From positions 56,793 through 120,792 of the forward strand of contig JAUYBG010000011.1 of NCBI GenBank assembly GCA_030693205.1: a stretch of DNA of 64,000 bases, in the 5' to 3' direction. Source of the stretch: a bacterium (GTDB lineage Bacteria; Patescibacteriota; Minisyncoccia; JAHIHE01). Of this stretch, positions 26,437 to 36,332 are shown piece by piece. Numbering within the stretch: the first letter of the stretch is position 1; each line of letters begins with the position of its first letter. Below the pieces are notes generated by a model, which was given only the letters and a program-made list of their open reading frames with translations, did not search any database and had not been told where the DNA came from. Made by a program: the position numbers and the translations under genes.

Positions 26437-29181
26437 TTAAATTTCTTCCGTCTCTCCCCAGTTCTCTCCCTGATAAGCGCTGACTTTTATCGGCACTTTC
26501 AGCATATAAATATTTTCCATTATTTTTTTAATCTCTTCGGCATAGACATTGATCTTTTCTTTCTTCGCTTCAAAAACCAATTCGTCATGCACCTGAAGCA
26601 CCAGATTGATATCCGGATCGCTTCCGTATTTTTTATCAACCGCGATCATCGCGAGCTTGATGATATCCGCGGCTGTTCCCTGGATCGGCATATTGATCGC
26701 CATCCGCTCAGCCGCGGAACGCACTTGAAAGTTGGGCGAACGCAGCTCCGGAAGCCAGCGCCGCCGCCCAAAAACAGTTTCGGCATAGCCTTTTTGCTTG
26801 GCCTTTTCGATCAATTCGGCGCGAAAGCGGTCAATGCCGGCGAATTTCGCCAAATATTTTTCAATGAATTGCTTGGCCTCCGCCATACTAAGCCCTGTCG
26901 CCAATGAAAATCCATGAGCGCTCATTCCGTAAATTATGCCGAAATTAAGCGCTTTAGCTTCACTTCGCATTTTTGCCGTCACTTGGTCAACAGGAATTTC
27001 ATAAACTTCAGCGGAAGTCTGAGTGTGAATATCGCCGCCATCCAAAAAAACATTGATCATTTTCTCGTCATTCGCCATCGAAGCGATGATCCTTAGTTCG
27101 ATCTGAGAATAATCAAAACTCATAAGCTGCCAACTCTTATGTCTGGCAACAAAAGACATCCTGATCTCGTTGCCAATATCGGTCTTGATCGGAATATTTT
27201 GTAAATTAGGATCGGAGGAAGAAAGCCGCCCGGTCGAAGTCAGCGCCTGATTAAAAGTGGTATGAACCGAACCGGTATTGGGATTAATAAGTTTAGGAAG
27301 CGCGTCGGTATAAGTTGATTTTATCTTGGCCAGTTCCCGATATTGAATTATCGGACCAACGATCGGATGCAGCGGTTTTATCAGATCCAAAGTATCGGCA
27401 GCGGTGGAATAATTTGTTTTTGTCCTTTTAACGCCTTCCGCGGGTATGCCGAGTTTTTCAAAAATAATGCGTGAAAGTTCTCTGGTAGAATTTACATTAA
27501 ACGTTTCTCCCGCCAAAGAAAAAATCGTTTCTTTTATTTTATCGATCTTCTCGCCGATCTTAAACGACAAATTTTCAAGGCGCTCAACATCGAGCTTGAC
27601 TCCGGTCATTTCCATCTTGCTTAAAACCGGCACCAGCGGCAACTCTATTTCGCGCGCCAGCGAGATCAAGTTTTTTCTTTCCAGATCTTTGATCAAAACT
27701 TCCGATAGTTCCCCTATCAAAGCCGCACGCGAAGCAACGCTTTCAGCCCCATTGGCCGCCAAGTTTTCCCTGCCAAGATGCTCAAAAGCCATTTTTTCCA
27801 CGCTATAATCCCGCTTGCCGGAAGTAAGAAGATAGGCACCGATCATTATATCAAAATCTTCCGGCGCGATATTCATTTTTACGCCCAGAGCGGCGAAAAC
27901 TTTAATGCTCGTTTTTAGATCATAACCGCTTTTGACAATTCCCATGTCTTCAAAAATATTTTTTAATGCTGCTAAAAAATCTCCTTTGATATTTTCCGTC
28001 TTGATCTCCCAAGCCTCCTCACCCAAAGCCAAACCCAAAGTTTTTAAACGATATTCATATTCTTTGAATTCATACTCGATCGCGAAAGAAAACTTTTTTT
28101 GTTTTTTAATCTTTTCTTCAGCTGTTTTCATCTCAATAGAATTTTCTACCGCTTTAATATTTATTTTTTGTCCACTAAGCGGCGGATTAATCATTTCTTT
28201 TTCTTCATTCAGCGCGGTATTTCCGCTTGCACTCGCTGTTTCACCTGACCCAAAAACAGTTACTTGCCCATTGCCGTTCAATCGATTTATCAAACTGAAA
28301 AAGTTCAATTCTTGAAAAAGTTTTACGATCTTCGGCCGATCGACCGGGCGCACCCGGCTTTCTTCCAAATTAAAATCCAACGGCACATCCAGCCGGATAG
28401 TGCCTAGATGTTTGCTGAAATACGCTTGCTTTTTGAATTCCGCGAGTTTCGCGGCAAGCTTGGGCTTGATCCTGATATCAAACACATCTTTATCTTTTTT
28501 TTCTTCCAAATTTTTATAAATTCCATCGATACTGCCAAATTCTTTCAGTAAGACGCCGGCTGTTTTTTCGCCAATTCCCGGCACGCCAGGAATATTATCC
28601 GAAGGATCGCCCCGCAAACCCTTATAATCCACCATTTGGCTGGGTTCAAGCCCGTATCTTTTTTGTATCGCCTTTTTATCATAGGTCACCGTATCACTGA
28701 TGCCTTTTTTAAAAGTATAAATCACGACATTATCGTTTACCAGCTGCAGCGTATCAAGATCGCCGGTCAATATAATAATTTCGTAAGGCGTATCCAAAAA
28801 TATTTTTGGCGCTTCCACTGCCAGCGTGCCGATAATATCATCCGCCTCAAACCCTTCCTTCTCATAAACCGGAATGCCGAAAGCCGAAATAATTTCCTTG
28901 ATCACGGGAATTTGAGTATAAAATTCTTCCGGTGCTTTAGCTCGATGCGCTTTGTAATCTTCAAATTCATTGTGCCGAAAAGTGGGCGCCGCCATATCAA
29001 AAGTGCAAACAATATAATCCGGAGAAAACTCTTTCATAATTTTAAGCAGCAGCGCGGTAAAGCCATAAACAGCATTAACCACCTGGCCTTTTTTATCGGT
29101 AAGGGGCGGAATTGCGTGATAAGCGCGATGCATAAGGGCGTTGCTGTCCACAAGAACTAGTTTTTTCTTTGTTTCAGCCAT
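26437..29181 (-). CDS. polA: DNA polymerase I
   Basis: 5'-3' exonuclease (RAYHAIP, GFEADD, GDLD, GDPSDNIPGV) and polymerase motifs TGRLSSSDPNLQNIP, DYSQIELR, KALNFGIIYG, LQVHDELVFE. Confidence 0.99.
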   Translation of the reverse strand: MAETKKKLVLVDSNALMHRAYHAIPPLTDKKGQVVNAVYGFTALLLKIMKEFSPDYIVCTFDMAAPTFRHNEFEDYKAHRAKAPEEFYTQIPVIKEIISAFGIPVYEKEGFEADDIIGTLAVEAPKIFLDTPYEIIILTGDLDTLQLVNDNVVIYTFKKGISDTVTYDKKAIQKRYGLEPSQMVDYKGLRGDPSDNIPGVPGIGEKTAGVLLKEFGSIDGIYKNLEEKKDKDVFDIRIKPKLAAKLAEFKKQAYFSKHLGTIRLDVPLDFNLEESRVRPVDRPKIVKLFQELNFFSLINRLNGNGQVTVFGSGETASASGNTALNEEKEMINPPLSGQKINIKAVENSIEMKTAEEKIKKQKKFSFAIEYEFKEYEYRLKTLGLALGEEAWEIKTENIKGDFLAALKNIFEDMGIVKSGYDLKTSIKVFAALGVKMNIAPEDFDIMIGAYLLTSGKRDYSVEKMAFEHLGRENLAANGAESVASRAALIGELSEVLIKDLERKNLISLAREIELPLVPVLSKMEMTGVKLDVERLENLSFKIGEKIDKIKETIFSLAGETFNVNSTRELSRIIFEKLGIPAEGVKRTKTNYSTAADTLDLIKPLHPIVGPIIQYRELAKIKSTYTDALPKLINPNTGSVHTTFNQALTSTGRLSSSDPNLQNIPIKTDIGNEIRMSFVARHKSWQLMSFDYSQIELRIIASMANDEKMINVFLDGGDIHTQTSAEVYEIPVDQVTAKMRSEAKALNFGIIYGMSAHGFSLATGLSMAEAKQFIEKYLAKFAGIDRFRAELIEKAKQKGYAETVFGRRRWLPELRSPNFQVRSAAERMAINMPIQGTAADIIKLAMIAVDKKYGSDPDINLVLQVHDELVFEAKKEKINVYAEEIKKIMENIYMLKVPIKVSAYQGENWGETEEI

Positions 29182-29255
29182 AAATTATAGTTTTTAACTT
29201 AATAACTTTCAGCTTTATAACTGCTTTCATTATAGCTTTTTTTAGTATTTCAAGC

Positions 29256-29287
29256 AAAAAAAATCCGAAGTCTTAAGAAAACTCCGG
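29256..29287 (-). terminator. Intrinsic terminator after the C39-like peptidase gene
   Basis: Minus ccggagtt-ttctta-agacttcgg followed by a T run. Confidence 0.6.
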
Positions 29288-29350
29288 TCGCTTTTAATAT
29301 TTTAATTTAACTTGATTTAATTCGATTCATTCTTTGTTCTTTGTTTCCTC

Positions 29351-32300
29351 CTATTTTTTTAATCCTATTGTCGCGTACCTTGATGTTCCGTCATCCAGTT
29401 CAATCCTTATCTGCCAGGTTCCTATTGTTAAGGGCTTAGTTGCCAGATTGAAAATATACTGGTTTGCTATGCTGTCATACCTGAACAGATTGCCTGTCGT
29501 CGAATTGCTGGTGGAAGTACCGTTTATTTCTGTGCCAATGATTCCGTTCGTGATGTTTGTCAGATAAATTCTGGCAATAGCAGTAGAAATATTATTTCCA
29601 CCTGCATTCCACAATTGGAATTTTATCGGTATCGTGCTTCCGAGTTTGAAACTGCTTCCGTTTGCATTAATAGGCGGTAATAATCCGCTGTAGTTATAGA
29701 CAACATTGTATGTCAGATTTTTCGTTCCCTGATTTCCGGCATTGTCTGTGGCATTTACACTGAAGTTTTTTGTTCCGATCGTTGCCGTATCGATAGGTGT
29801 TCCATTTAGAACTGTCGCAGTCGCTGATGCAATTCCTGATATCAGATCATTGGCTGCCCAAATGGCAATTACTGATTGATTCAAGACATAGCTTCCGTTG
29901 ACCGGTGTAGCTACGGTTATTTCTGGTGCAGTTTTGTCGATTTTGACGGTTTGGTTTTTGATTGGCTCAGTATTGCCTGCATTATCTACGGATCTGTAAT
30001 AGATCATGGCTATACCTTCACTGCTCATATTAAATGCGGTGGTAAAGATATTCCATGTTATATTGTCAAAGCTGTATTCAGTGGTATTAACACCTGTACC
30101 GCCTTCGTTGTCTGTCGCTGTGAAATTTACTTGAACATCAGAGGTAAACCAGCTGTTATTGCCGAGGGTTCCGGAAAGTACAAGCGTAGTATTTGGTGCG
30201 ATCGAATCAGGAACTTCGATTCTCACAAGTCCTACATTCAGATCAAATACCGGTGGAGGAATATTCACTACAATACTGTCTGCGGAATAATATCCTGCAG
30301 CTTCAACATGTATGCGGTAGATTCCTTCCAAGACATCCCACTGGTATTGACCGTCCGCATTAGTTATTAGCGGATTCTCATTGGGTTGCATTCTTGCCGG
30401 AATTTCTGCTATTGAAACATTGTTCCAACCGCCAAATCCATCAGGTTGCTGTAACCAGACACTGGCTCCGGAAATACGAGCTCCTGTGGCCGCATCATAG
30501 ACGAATCCGGCAGGATCGATGTAGATATTGAAGTTCACCGATGCTTTTTCACATCCTGTGACAGTATAGGTTACAGTTGCGCTTCCGTGATTAGGCGCGA
30601 ATTTCGGAACAGTATAGCTCCACTTATTGTCTTCGGTCTCAGTCATTGCGCCTGATATATCAGACCCGCCTTCATTCATATGGATATTGATAGCCACGCT
30701 TTCGGCGCAAGAACTATAATAGTTGAATGTTATCGGATCTTGCCAGAAGACTGAAGTTTCGCCTCCAATATTGTTTCTAGTGTTGTCTACGGTGACGCTT
30801 TCGGGAAGATTCGATTTCACGACTTGAGTTACGGCTTTGGTCTCGAAACTTTGATCTCCATATTTGATTGTGGCAGTATTTTCGATCACGGTGGTTCCAG
30901 CCATCACCTTGTCAGGATTTATTCTGACAGTAACAGTTTTTGAACCAAGCCCTTGAGGGAAAGCTGCGACTGAGTCTATGTTCCAAGAAATAACTTTTTC
31001 GGCATTGGGTACTTTACCACCAGATGCGGAAACGAAATCCACTTCGATCGGAAGCTTATCTTCCAGAACTGCTTGTGAATCGTAGGCTCCGCCGAAATTT
31101 TGGTAGTACAGCGTATAAGTCATTTCACTTCCTGGGGACATAGCCGCAGGCGCTTTTTTGGAAACCTTAAGAATGGCAAGCTGCTCTTTTGGCACAGAAA
31201 CATACAGCGCATCCAAAGGAATTGGTACGAAAGCACTTTTTCCCGGAGCTTTCCATTCCAGTTTAAGAACCGCTTCGCCGCCATAGCTTTCAAAATACTT
31301 CACCAGGATGCTATGGTATCCTTTTTCAAGTTCCAAATCCTGCTCTAGTCCACGCGGCGAGTGATCTCCGCCATTATTGATAAGCATTGCTCCATCTATA
31401 TATAGCCATGAACCATCATCGGATGTGAGCCTAAATCGATATGTTCCCGGTTCGTCAATTTTTATATAGCCTTTCCAGTCTCCGCTCCACCAGCCATCGT
31501 TGATGATTTCGACAGGTCGTTGACTGGGATTAATATGCCAGGCGAAGTTCAGATTCGGATCGATTCTTAATGCATCGGGTTTTGCGACCGTTTCAAGATT
31601 GTTTCTATAGATTGGTTCGTTGTAATACGAGGCCTGTAAGCCGTGTATCCTTTCAAACCGTACTGTATCGATATTGAATCCGACAGGAACATCATTTATT
31701 TTTACATATGGCTCTTGAGCTTTTGTGAGATAATATGTTCCCAAATTCACAGTTCGCCAGTTACCCGTATTTTCTTGTTTTACAGTTACCTTGCCTATCT
31801 CTACATCGCCTTTATTGTATATGACATATTCTACATCATCTCCTACATTATTATCGTAGAAAACTGCATTGATGTCATAGTATCCGTCACCGTCGGTTAT
31901 GAGGGATGGTATCCACTTCGCCCAATGTCCAGATTCTATAGTGTAATTCCAGTTTCCCAATGCGCCATAGTATGTTTTCCAGATATATTCTTTAGTAGTC
32001 TCACTTATTTTACCAATATCATCCAGTTGAACTTTATTGGTATCAACTACAACTGTATATTTTCTTTGGAAATCGCTTAACTCTGGGTTAAAGGTTATCA
32101 TATTTCTTTTGCCATTAATCCAGCTATAAAGTGTGGCATATGATACCTCACCATTATTTGGGTCAGGAAAATCTGGATCCCAAACCCTCCAATTTGGATA
32201 TGGGTCGTTGATATAGAATTTGTCATCTGAAGTACCAGGCTTATCGCCTTCATCATAACCTCTCAAAACGATAAAATGCCCTGTTGTATATGCATGGCTG

Positions 32301-32881
32301 ACACTCAATATCAAAGGCCTTTTCTTAATTTCTTTTATTATATCCGCCATTGTAGCTTCACCTTTAAAGAAACCAGAACTTTCTCCGCCCCATATTTGAT
32401 TTAAATATCGGGATCCATACTCTGAACCACGCATCCCAGAAAACTGTTCTGACTCAGGTATATAATTTTCGGCATAATATTTTCTATAATCTGCCTCGAC
32501 ATCCTTCAAGCCTTGGTTATTATTTGCAAAGCTAACAAGCTTGAAGCCTATAGCAGGTCCTTTTATGTGAGTAGTTGGCTCTTCGTAATATGTGAATCCC
32601 TGTAAACCAGAGCCATACACTTCTTTCAGTCCAACTAAACTACTGGGGTCGCTTTTGGGATAATAATAATTCAATATCATGGCAATTGACGTTGGGCCAC
32701 AAGCTGATTCTCCAATTTTGGTGTCAGTGAGCTGATTAATGTACGGAACGGCATAATCATATTTTGTTGCACTTGCTGTCATCGCAACACTACTGACTAT
32801 TAATCCCACAACTAATGCCACTTGGCAAATTCGTATTCCGAATTTAACAAGTAAATCTATTGCCTTTACTTTCTTGTTCAT
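29351..32881 (-). CDS. Large secreted modular protein: C39-like peptidase, CBM-like, PA14, DUF11, carboxypeptidase-regulatory-like, Ig-like and PxKF domains
   Basis: Signal peptide; NQ..ACGPTSIAMILNYY / GHFIVLRGYD / YINDPY catalytic Q-C-H-D; PA14 GLQASYY..YRFRLTSDDGSWLYIDG; TIPIKFQL C-terminal domain; SD AGGTGAT 32887-32893. Confidence 0.85.
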   Translation of the reverse strand: MNKKVKAIDLLVKFGIRICQVALVVGLIVSSVAMTASATKYDYAVPYINQLTDTKIGESACGPTSIAMILNYYYPKSDPSSLVGLKEVYGSGLQGFTYYEEPTTHIKGPAIGFKLVSFANNNQGLKDVEADYRKYYAENYIPESEQFSGMRGSEYGSRYLNQIWGGESSGFFKGEATMADIIKEIKKRPLILSVSHAYTTGHFIVLRGYDEGDKPGTSDDKFYINDPYPNWRVWDPDFPDPNNGEVSYATLYSWINGKRNMITFNPELSDFQRKYTVVVDTNKVQLDDIGKISETTKEYIWKTYYGALGNWNYTIESGHWAKWIPSLITDGDGYYDINAVFYDNNVGDDVEYVIYNKGDVEIGKVTVKQENTGNWRTVNLGTYYLTKAQEPYVKINDVPVGFNIDTVRFERIHGLQASYYNEPIYRNNLETVAKPDALRIDPNLNFAWHINPSQRPVEIINDGWWSGDWKGYIKIDEPGTYRFRLTSDDGSWLYIDGAMLINNGGDHSPRGLEQDLELEKGYHSILVKYFESYGGEAVLKLEWKAPGKSAFVPIPLDALYVSVPKEQLAILKVSKKAPAAMSPGSEMTYTLYYQNFGGAYDSQAVLEDKLPIEVDFVSASGGKVPNAEKVISWNIDSVAAFPQGLGSKTVTVRINPDKVMAGTTVIENTATIKYGDQSFETKAVTQVVKSNLPESVTVDNTRNNIGGETSVFWQDPITFNYYSSCAESVAINIHMNEGGSDISGAMTETEDNKWSYTVPKFAPNHGSATVTYTVTGCEKASVNFNIYIDPAGFVYDAATGARISGASVWLQQPDGFGGWNNVSIAEIPARMQPNENPLITNADGQYQWDVLEGIYRIHVEAAGYYSADSIVVNIPPPVFDLNVGLVRIEVPDSIAPNTTLVLSGTLGNNSWFTSDVQVNFTATDNEGGTGVNTTEYSFDNITWNIFTTAFNMSSEGIAMIYYRSVDNAGNTEPIKNQTVKIDKTAPEITVATPVNGSYVLNQSVIAIWAANDLISGIASATATVLNGTPIDTATIGTKNFSVNATDNAGNQGTKNLTYNVVYNYSGLLPPINANGSSFKLGSTIPIKFQLWNAGGNNISTAIARIYLTNITNGIIGTEINGTSTSNSTTGNLFRYDSIANQYIFNLATKPLTIGTWQIRIELDDGTSRYATIGLKK

Positions 32882-33014
32882 TTTCTATCACCTGTTTCTA
32901 TTTTTATTCTTTTGTCTATACATAGAAATCTACCAGATTCCCCGTTTTTTAACCCTATGTTGTAAAAGAACATTTCGCTCCTTTATTATCACTTTTTATT
33001 AAAGTGAACCTCTG

Positions 33015-33043
33015 TAGAATAGTATGTTTTGGCTAATTTGTCA
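33015..33043 (-). promoter_or_regulatory. Putative promoter of the C39-like gene
   Basis: Minus TTGACA-N17-TATTCT. Confidence 0.55.
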
Positions 33044-33112
33044 ATATTTATACTGCGAGCTTTCAAGCTTACAGCAGTAAGGCAAAAAATACTAATAAAA
33101 AATATATTAATC

Positions 33113-33143
33113 AAAAATAATCGCCCAGACAAGCGATTATTTT
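33113..33143 (-). terminator. Intrinsic terminator
   Basis: aaaataatcgc-ccagacaa-gcgattatttt. Confidence 0.75.
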
Positions 33144-33192
33144 TGAAACTCTGTTAGACAAAATGTAATTATTTTTTTTATAAGCTAAATTA

Positions 33193-34419
33193 TTATTCCT
33201 TAAGACTGGTATACAAACATTGTCCATGTTCATGGGCTTTATCGCAAATATATTTTCCCAAATCAACATTATTACAATACAAATTACTATCTTTAGTATA
33301 GACAACATTATCTTCAATAAGAGTTGCGAAAAATACGGTTGCCGAAGCCCCCAAGTTATTCCCATTAAAAATTAAACTATAGCTACCACCTTCTTCGCCT
33401 TTATAAAGAATATTTTTACCGTCAATTCTAGACCCCTCCCCTTTTCCTATGTAAATACCATCAAAATATATATCATTACCATTTACCCAAGCTATGTGGC
33501 CATTTTTCATTTGAGCATTTCCACCCTCACCCAGATCTTTTTCATTTAAAAAAACATATTGACCTCCATCAACGCCTGTTACTATTTTTTCAAACAAAAC
33601 ATTTTCGCCTTCAACATTACGTATCAAACCACTAATCTTTTTAATCTCCTTACCGTTATACCAAATACTATTATTATTTCGTTGTGAAAAAAACACGCCG
33701 CCGTCATACATATGAAGAGACCCTGAACCCCAAATTTCTCCCAAATCTTTTCCATTATAAACTACTTTTGAATTTACGATATACGCAATATCGTTTCCTT
33801 TGACTTGTGGAATCTCACCTTCTCCTAAATCTTTGCCATCATAAATTATATGTCCCCCTCTCACGAAAGCTAAATGTCCATTATCTAATTTAGGACCTTC
33901 ACCAACCCCAATATTTTCGCCATTATAAATTATATATGGCTGCCAAGACTTATTTTCATCATATCCATATCTGATAAAAGCAATATTATTTCCATCAATT
34001 ACCACACTACCACCTTGCCTGTAATTTTTTCCATCATAGATTATATTTTTATTTTTATCCCAATATAACGGCTTATTCCCAGATAGATTATATACTAGTC
34101 CTTCTCCCAAGTCTTTATTATTAAAAATAACATGTGTTTTACCCTGTACAGACCTTTCGTATAAAACATTTAAAGGACATTCATTTTTTATCTCTTTGTT
34201 TAATTCCGATGCACTTTTTATTAAAGATAACGGTGAAGCTATTGTCGGCTCAGGCGTTAATGTTACAATCGGCTCTTCCGTCGGTTTTACAGCAACTGGC
34301 GAAGATTTTTCAACAGAAGATAAAAAAGCTGTTACGGCTAATGCCGCAACAATGGTAAACAGAATAACAGAGATTAAAATTAAAATTGACTTTGGTGATG
34401 ATAATTTATTTTCAGCCAT
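33193..34419 (-). CDS. Membrane-anchored protein with about 10 beta-rich repeats (Y/F-x-G-K-D-L-G-E-G)
   Basis: Start MAENKLSSPKSIL (ATG 34419), TM helix, Pro/Thr linker, repeats IFNNKDLGEG, IYDGKDLGEG, VYNGKDLGEI, FLNEKDLGEG and others. Confidence 0.78.
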   Translation of the reverse strand: MAENKLSSPKSILILISVILFTIVAALAVTAFLSSVEKSSPVAVKPTEEPIVTLTPEPTIASPLSLIKSASELNKEIKNECPLNVLYERSVQGKTHVIFNNKDLGEGLVYNLSGNKPLYWDKNKNIIYDGKNYRQGGSVVIDGNNIAFIRYGYDENKSWQPYIIYNGENIGVGEGPKLDNGHLAFVRGGHIIYDGKDLGEGEIPQVKGNDIAYIVNSKVVYNGKDLGEIWGSGSLHMYDGGVFFSQRNNNSIWYNGKEIKKISGLIRNVEGENVLFEKIVTGVDGGQYVFLNEKDLGEGGNAQMKNGHIAWVNGNDIYFDGIYIGKGEGSRIDGKNILYKGEEGGSYSLIFNGNNLGASATVFFATLIEDNVVYTKDSNLYCNNVDLGKYICDKAHEHGQCLYTSLKE

Positions 34420-34551
34420 ATTATTTTTAAACAATTATAAATTCGTAATAACACAGGAGGATTAAAATATCAATATTAAAAGCTGAAACTATTAATTAAC
34501 AGGCAACTCCATAATTTTCAGAAGTTACGGAAACCTACATTCCTGCGCCTT

Positions 34552-35289
34552 CTACTTCAATAAAATATTTTTGTAAATATTAACTATATCCGTCACGTCT
34601 TTAGGTGTTTTTTCTACATACACTCCATTTGCAAACGACCAATAGCTTATTTGGGCTTTTATAATATCACCATTTTCTAGCAAATAGGCAAATTGGTATC
34701 TCAAACAAGACTCTCCGCCAGTGCTTGGACACATAAACGATACTGGAGTATGAACCATTTGCACTTGTTGATTATACTTTGTTCTTATCAATTTTGCGTT
34801 TATGGCTTTTTCATACCAGCTAAGAATTTCATTACTATCGATGTAACTGTTAATATCGCTTTCGTTTTCCTTGTCTTTCCAAATTGTTAATATGGTAAAA
34901 CAATTTGGCTTTAAAGTCGGATCATCGTTATCATTCTCTGGCTCGCATGGTTTGATTCCAATTACATTTTTAGGATTTTTATCACGAAGACTTTCAATAT
35001 GCTGTGTATCAAATTTAATATAATTCTTAGGTAATTCGGATAACAAATTATTTATAAATACATTATCCAGTTCATTTAAGATTAAATTTTCTGGTTTTGG
35101 CTCAATCGAACTTATTATTGGAGTTGGCGATGGAGTTGGTGTCGGCGTCACTGTCGGCTGCACAGCAATAGTCGGAGTATTTTTAATGGAAGATAAATAA
35201 CTAACCACACTCAATGACGCAATAAGAACAAATAAAATAATGACAAAAATTAAAATTGATTTTGGGGATGATTGTTTATTTTCAGCCAT
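34552..35289 (-). CDS. Membrane-anchored hypothetical protein sharing its N-terminus with 33193-34419
   Basis: Start MAENKQSSPKSIL (ATG 35289), TM helix, PTVTPTPTPSPTP linker, unrelated C-terminal domain. Confidence 0.78.
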   Translation of the reverse strand: MAENKQSSPKSILIFVIILFVLIASLSVVSYLSSIKNTPTIAVQPTVTPTPTPSPTPIISSIEPKPENLILNELDNVFINNLLSELPKNYIKFDTQHIESLRDKNPKNVIGIKPCEPENDNDDPTLKPNCFTILTIWKDKENESDINSYIDSNEILSWYEKAINAKLIRTKYNQQVQMVHTPVSFMCPSTGGESCLRYQFAYLLENGDIIKAQISYWSFANGVYVEKTPKDVTDIVNIYKNILLK

Positions 35290-35355
35290 ATTTTCTTTTA
35301 ACAATTATAAATTTATAATAGCATGCTGGACGAGATTTAGCAACAAATAGATCTA

Positions 35356-35394
35356 AAACAAAAAAACGACCTTTTGCTGGTTGTTTTTTTGTTT
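35356..35394. terminator. Intrinsic terminator after the alpha/beta hydrolase gene
   Basis: aaacaaaaaaacgacc-ttttgct-ggttgtttttttgttt. Confidence 0.7.
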
Positions 35395-35403
35395 ACATAG
35401 TAA

Positions 35404-36291
35404 TTACAGCCCAATCATCCATTTCACAATATTCTCGTGTTCGGACGCAGGATATTCGTGCCTCGTATCCGGCAAAATCTTAAATTCCATTTTCGCGCCA
35501 TACTGCAAAAGTATTTTTTCTTGTTTTATCACCGCTTCCGTTTCTGCGTCACTGGCTCCATGCACCACATAAAAATTAACATCTTTGGCTTTGCTTAATT
35601 TATCAATGATCCCCGCCTCCAGCGGCAAATAGCCGTCAATCGGAATAACTCCTCGGAACTTTATGCCGCTATCCAGCGCAACGATATAAGCAGCTGACGA
35701 GCCGGCCGAATACCCCGTAAGAAATATTTTATTTTCATCTATTTTATATTTTTTCCGAACATTAGCCAGCGCGGCTTTGGCAAAATCGCTTATTTCAAGC
35801 CACGGATAAGACTCAACTGTAGCACCGCTGGGATATGTCTTGGAATAAGCTTGCAGCGCGATCACCAAAAAACCATTTTTATCGGCATCGGACTGCCAAA
35901 ATCTGATATAATCTTTTGCCTTGTCGCCAAAACCATGCAACCCGATTACCAAAGAATGTTCTCTGTTCAAGTCGATATCAGCCGGCGCGTAAAAAGAATA
36001 TTTCCAATTTTTATTCGACAAAGAAACTTCTTCTTTAAATACCGCCGGACCGGACAACGCGGAATTTATTGAAACTGGAGTTGTTGACTCGTAGGGAAGA
36101 ATTCTGGAAATATAACTGCGTTGTTCAATTCCCTCACTTTTATTTTTCTGGCTTTCCGCGTTGCTTGAATTTCCTTCCAAAAAATTATCTCCTTTTACAA
36201 ACATCGAAGCTCCACTCAGCAATACAACCAACGAACCGACTAAAATAAACAGCGATAATCCAATAATTATTTTTTTCCTGCCGATTTCCAT
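35404..36291 (-). CDS. Membrane-anchored alpha/beta-hydrolase (esterase-like)
   Basis: LVIGLHGFG, nucleophile elbow TGYSAG, VVHGASD, C-terminal RHEY. Confidence 0.88.
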   Translation of the reverse strand: MEIGRKKIIIGLSLFILVGSLVVLLSGASMFVKGDNFLEGNSSNAESQKNKSEGIEQRSYISRILPYESTTPVSINSALSGPAVFKEEVSLSNKNWKYSFYAPADIDLNREHSLVIGLHGFGDKAKDYIRFWQSDADKNGFLVIALQAYSKTYPSGATVESYPWLEISDFAKAALANVRKKYKIDENKIFLTGYSAGSSAAYIVALDSGIKFRGVIPIDGYLPLEAGIIDKLSKAKDVNFYVVHGASDAETEAVIKQEKILLQYGAKMEFKILPDTRHEYPASEHENIVKWMIGL

Positions 36292-36332
36292 TTTTTTCTT
36301 TTTCTTAATTTTCTATTTCTTAAAAACATAAA

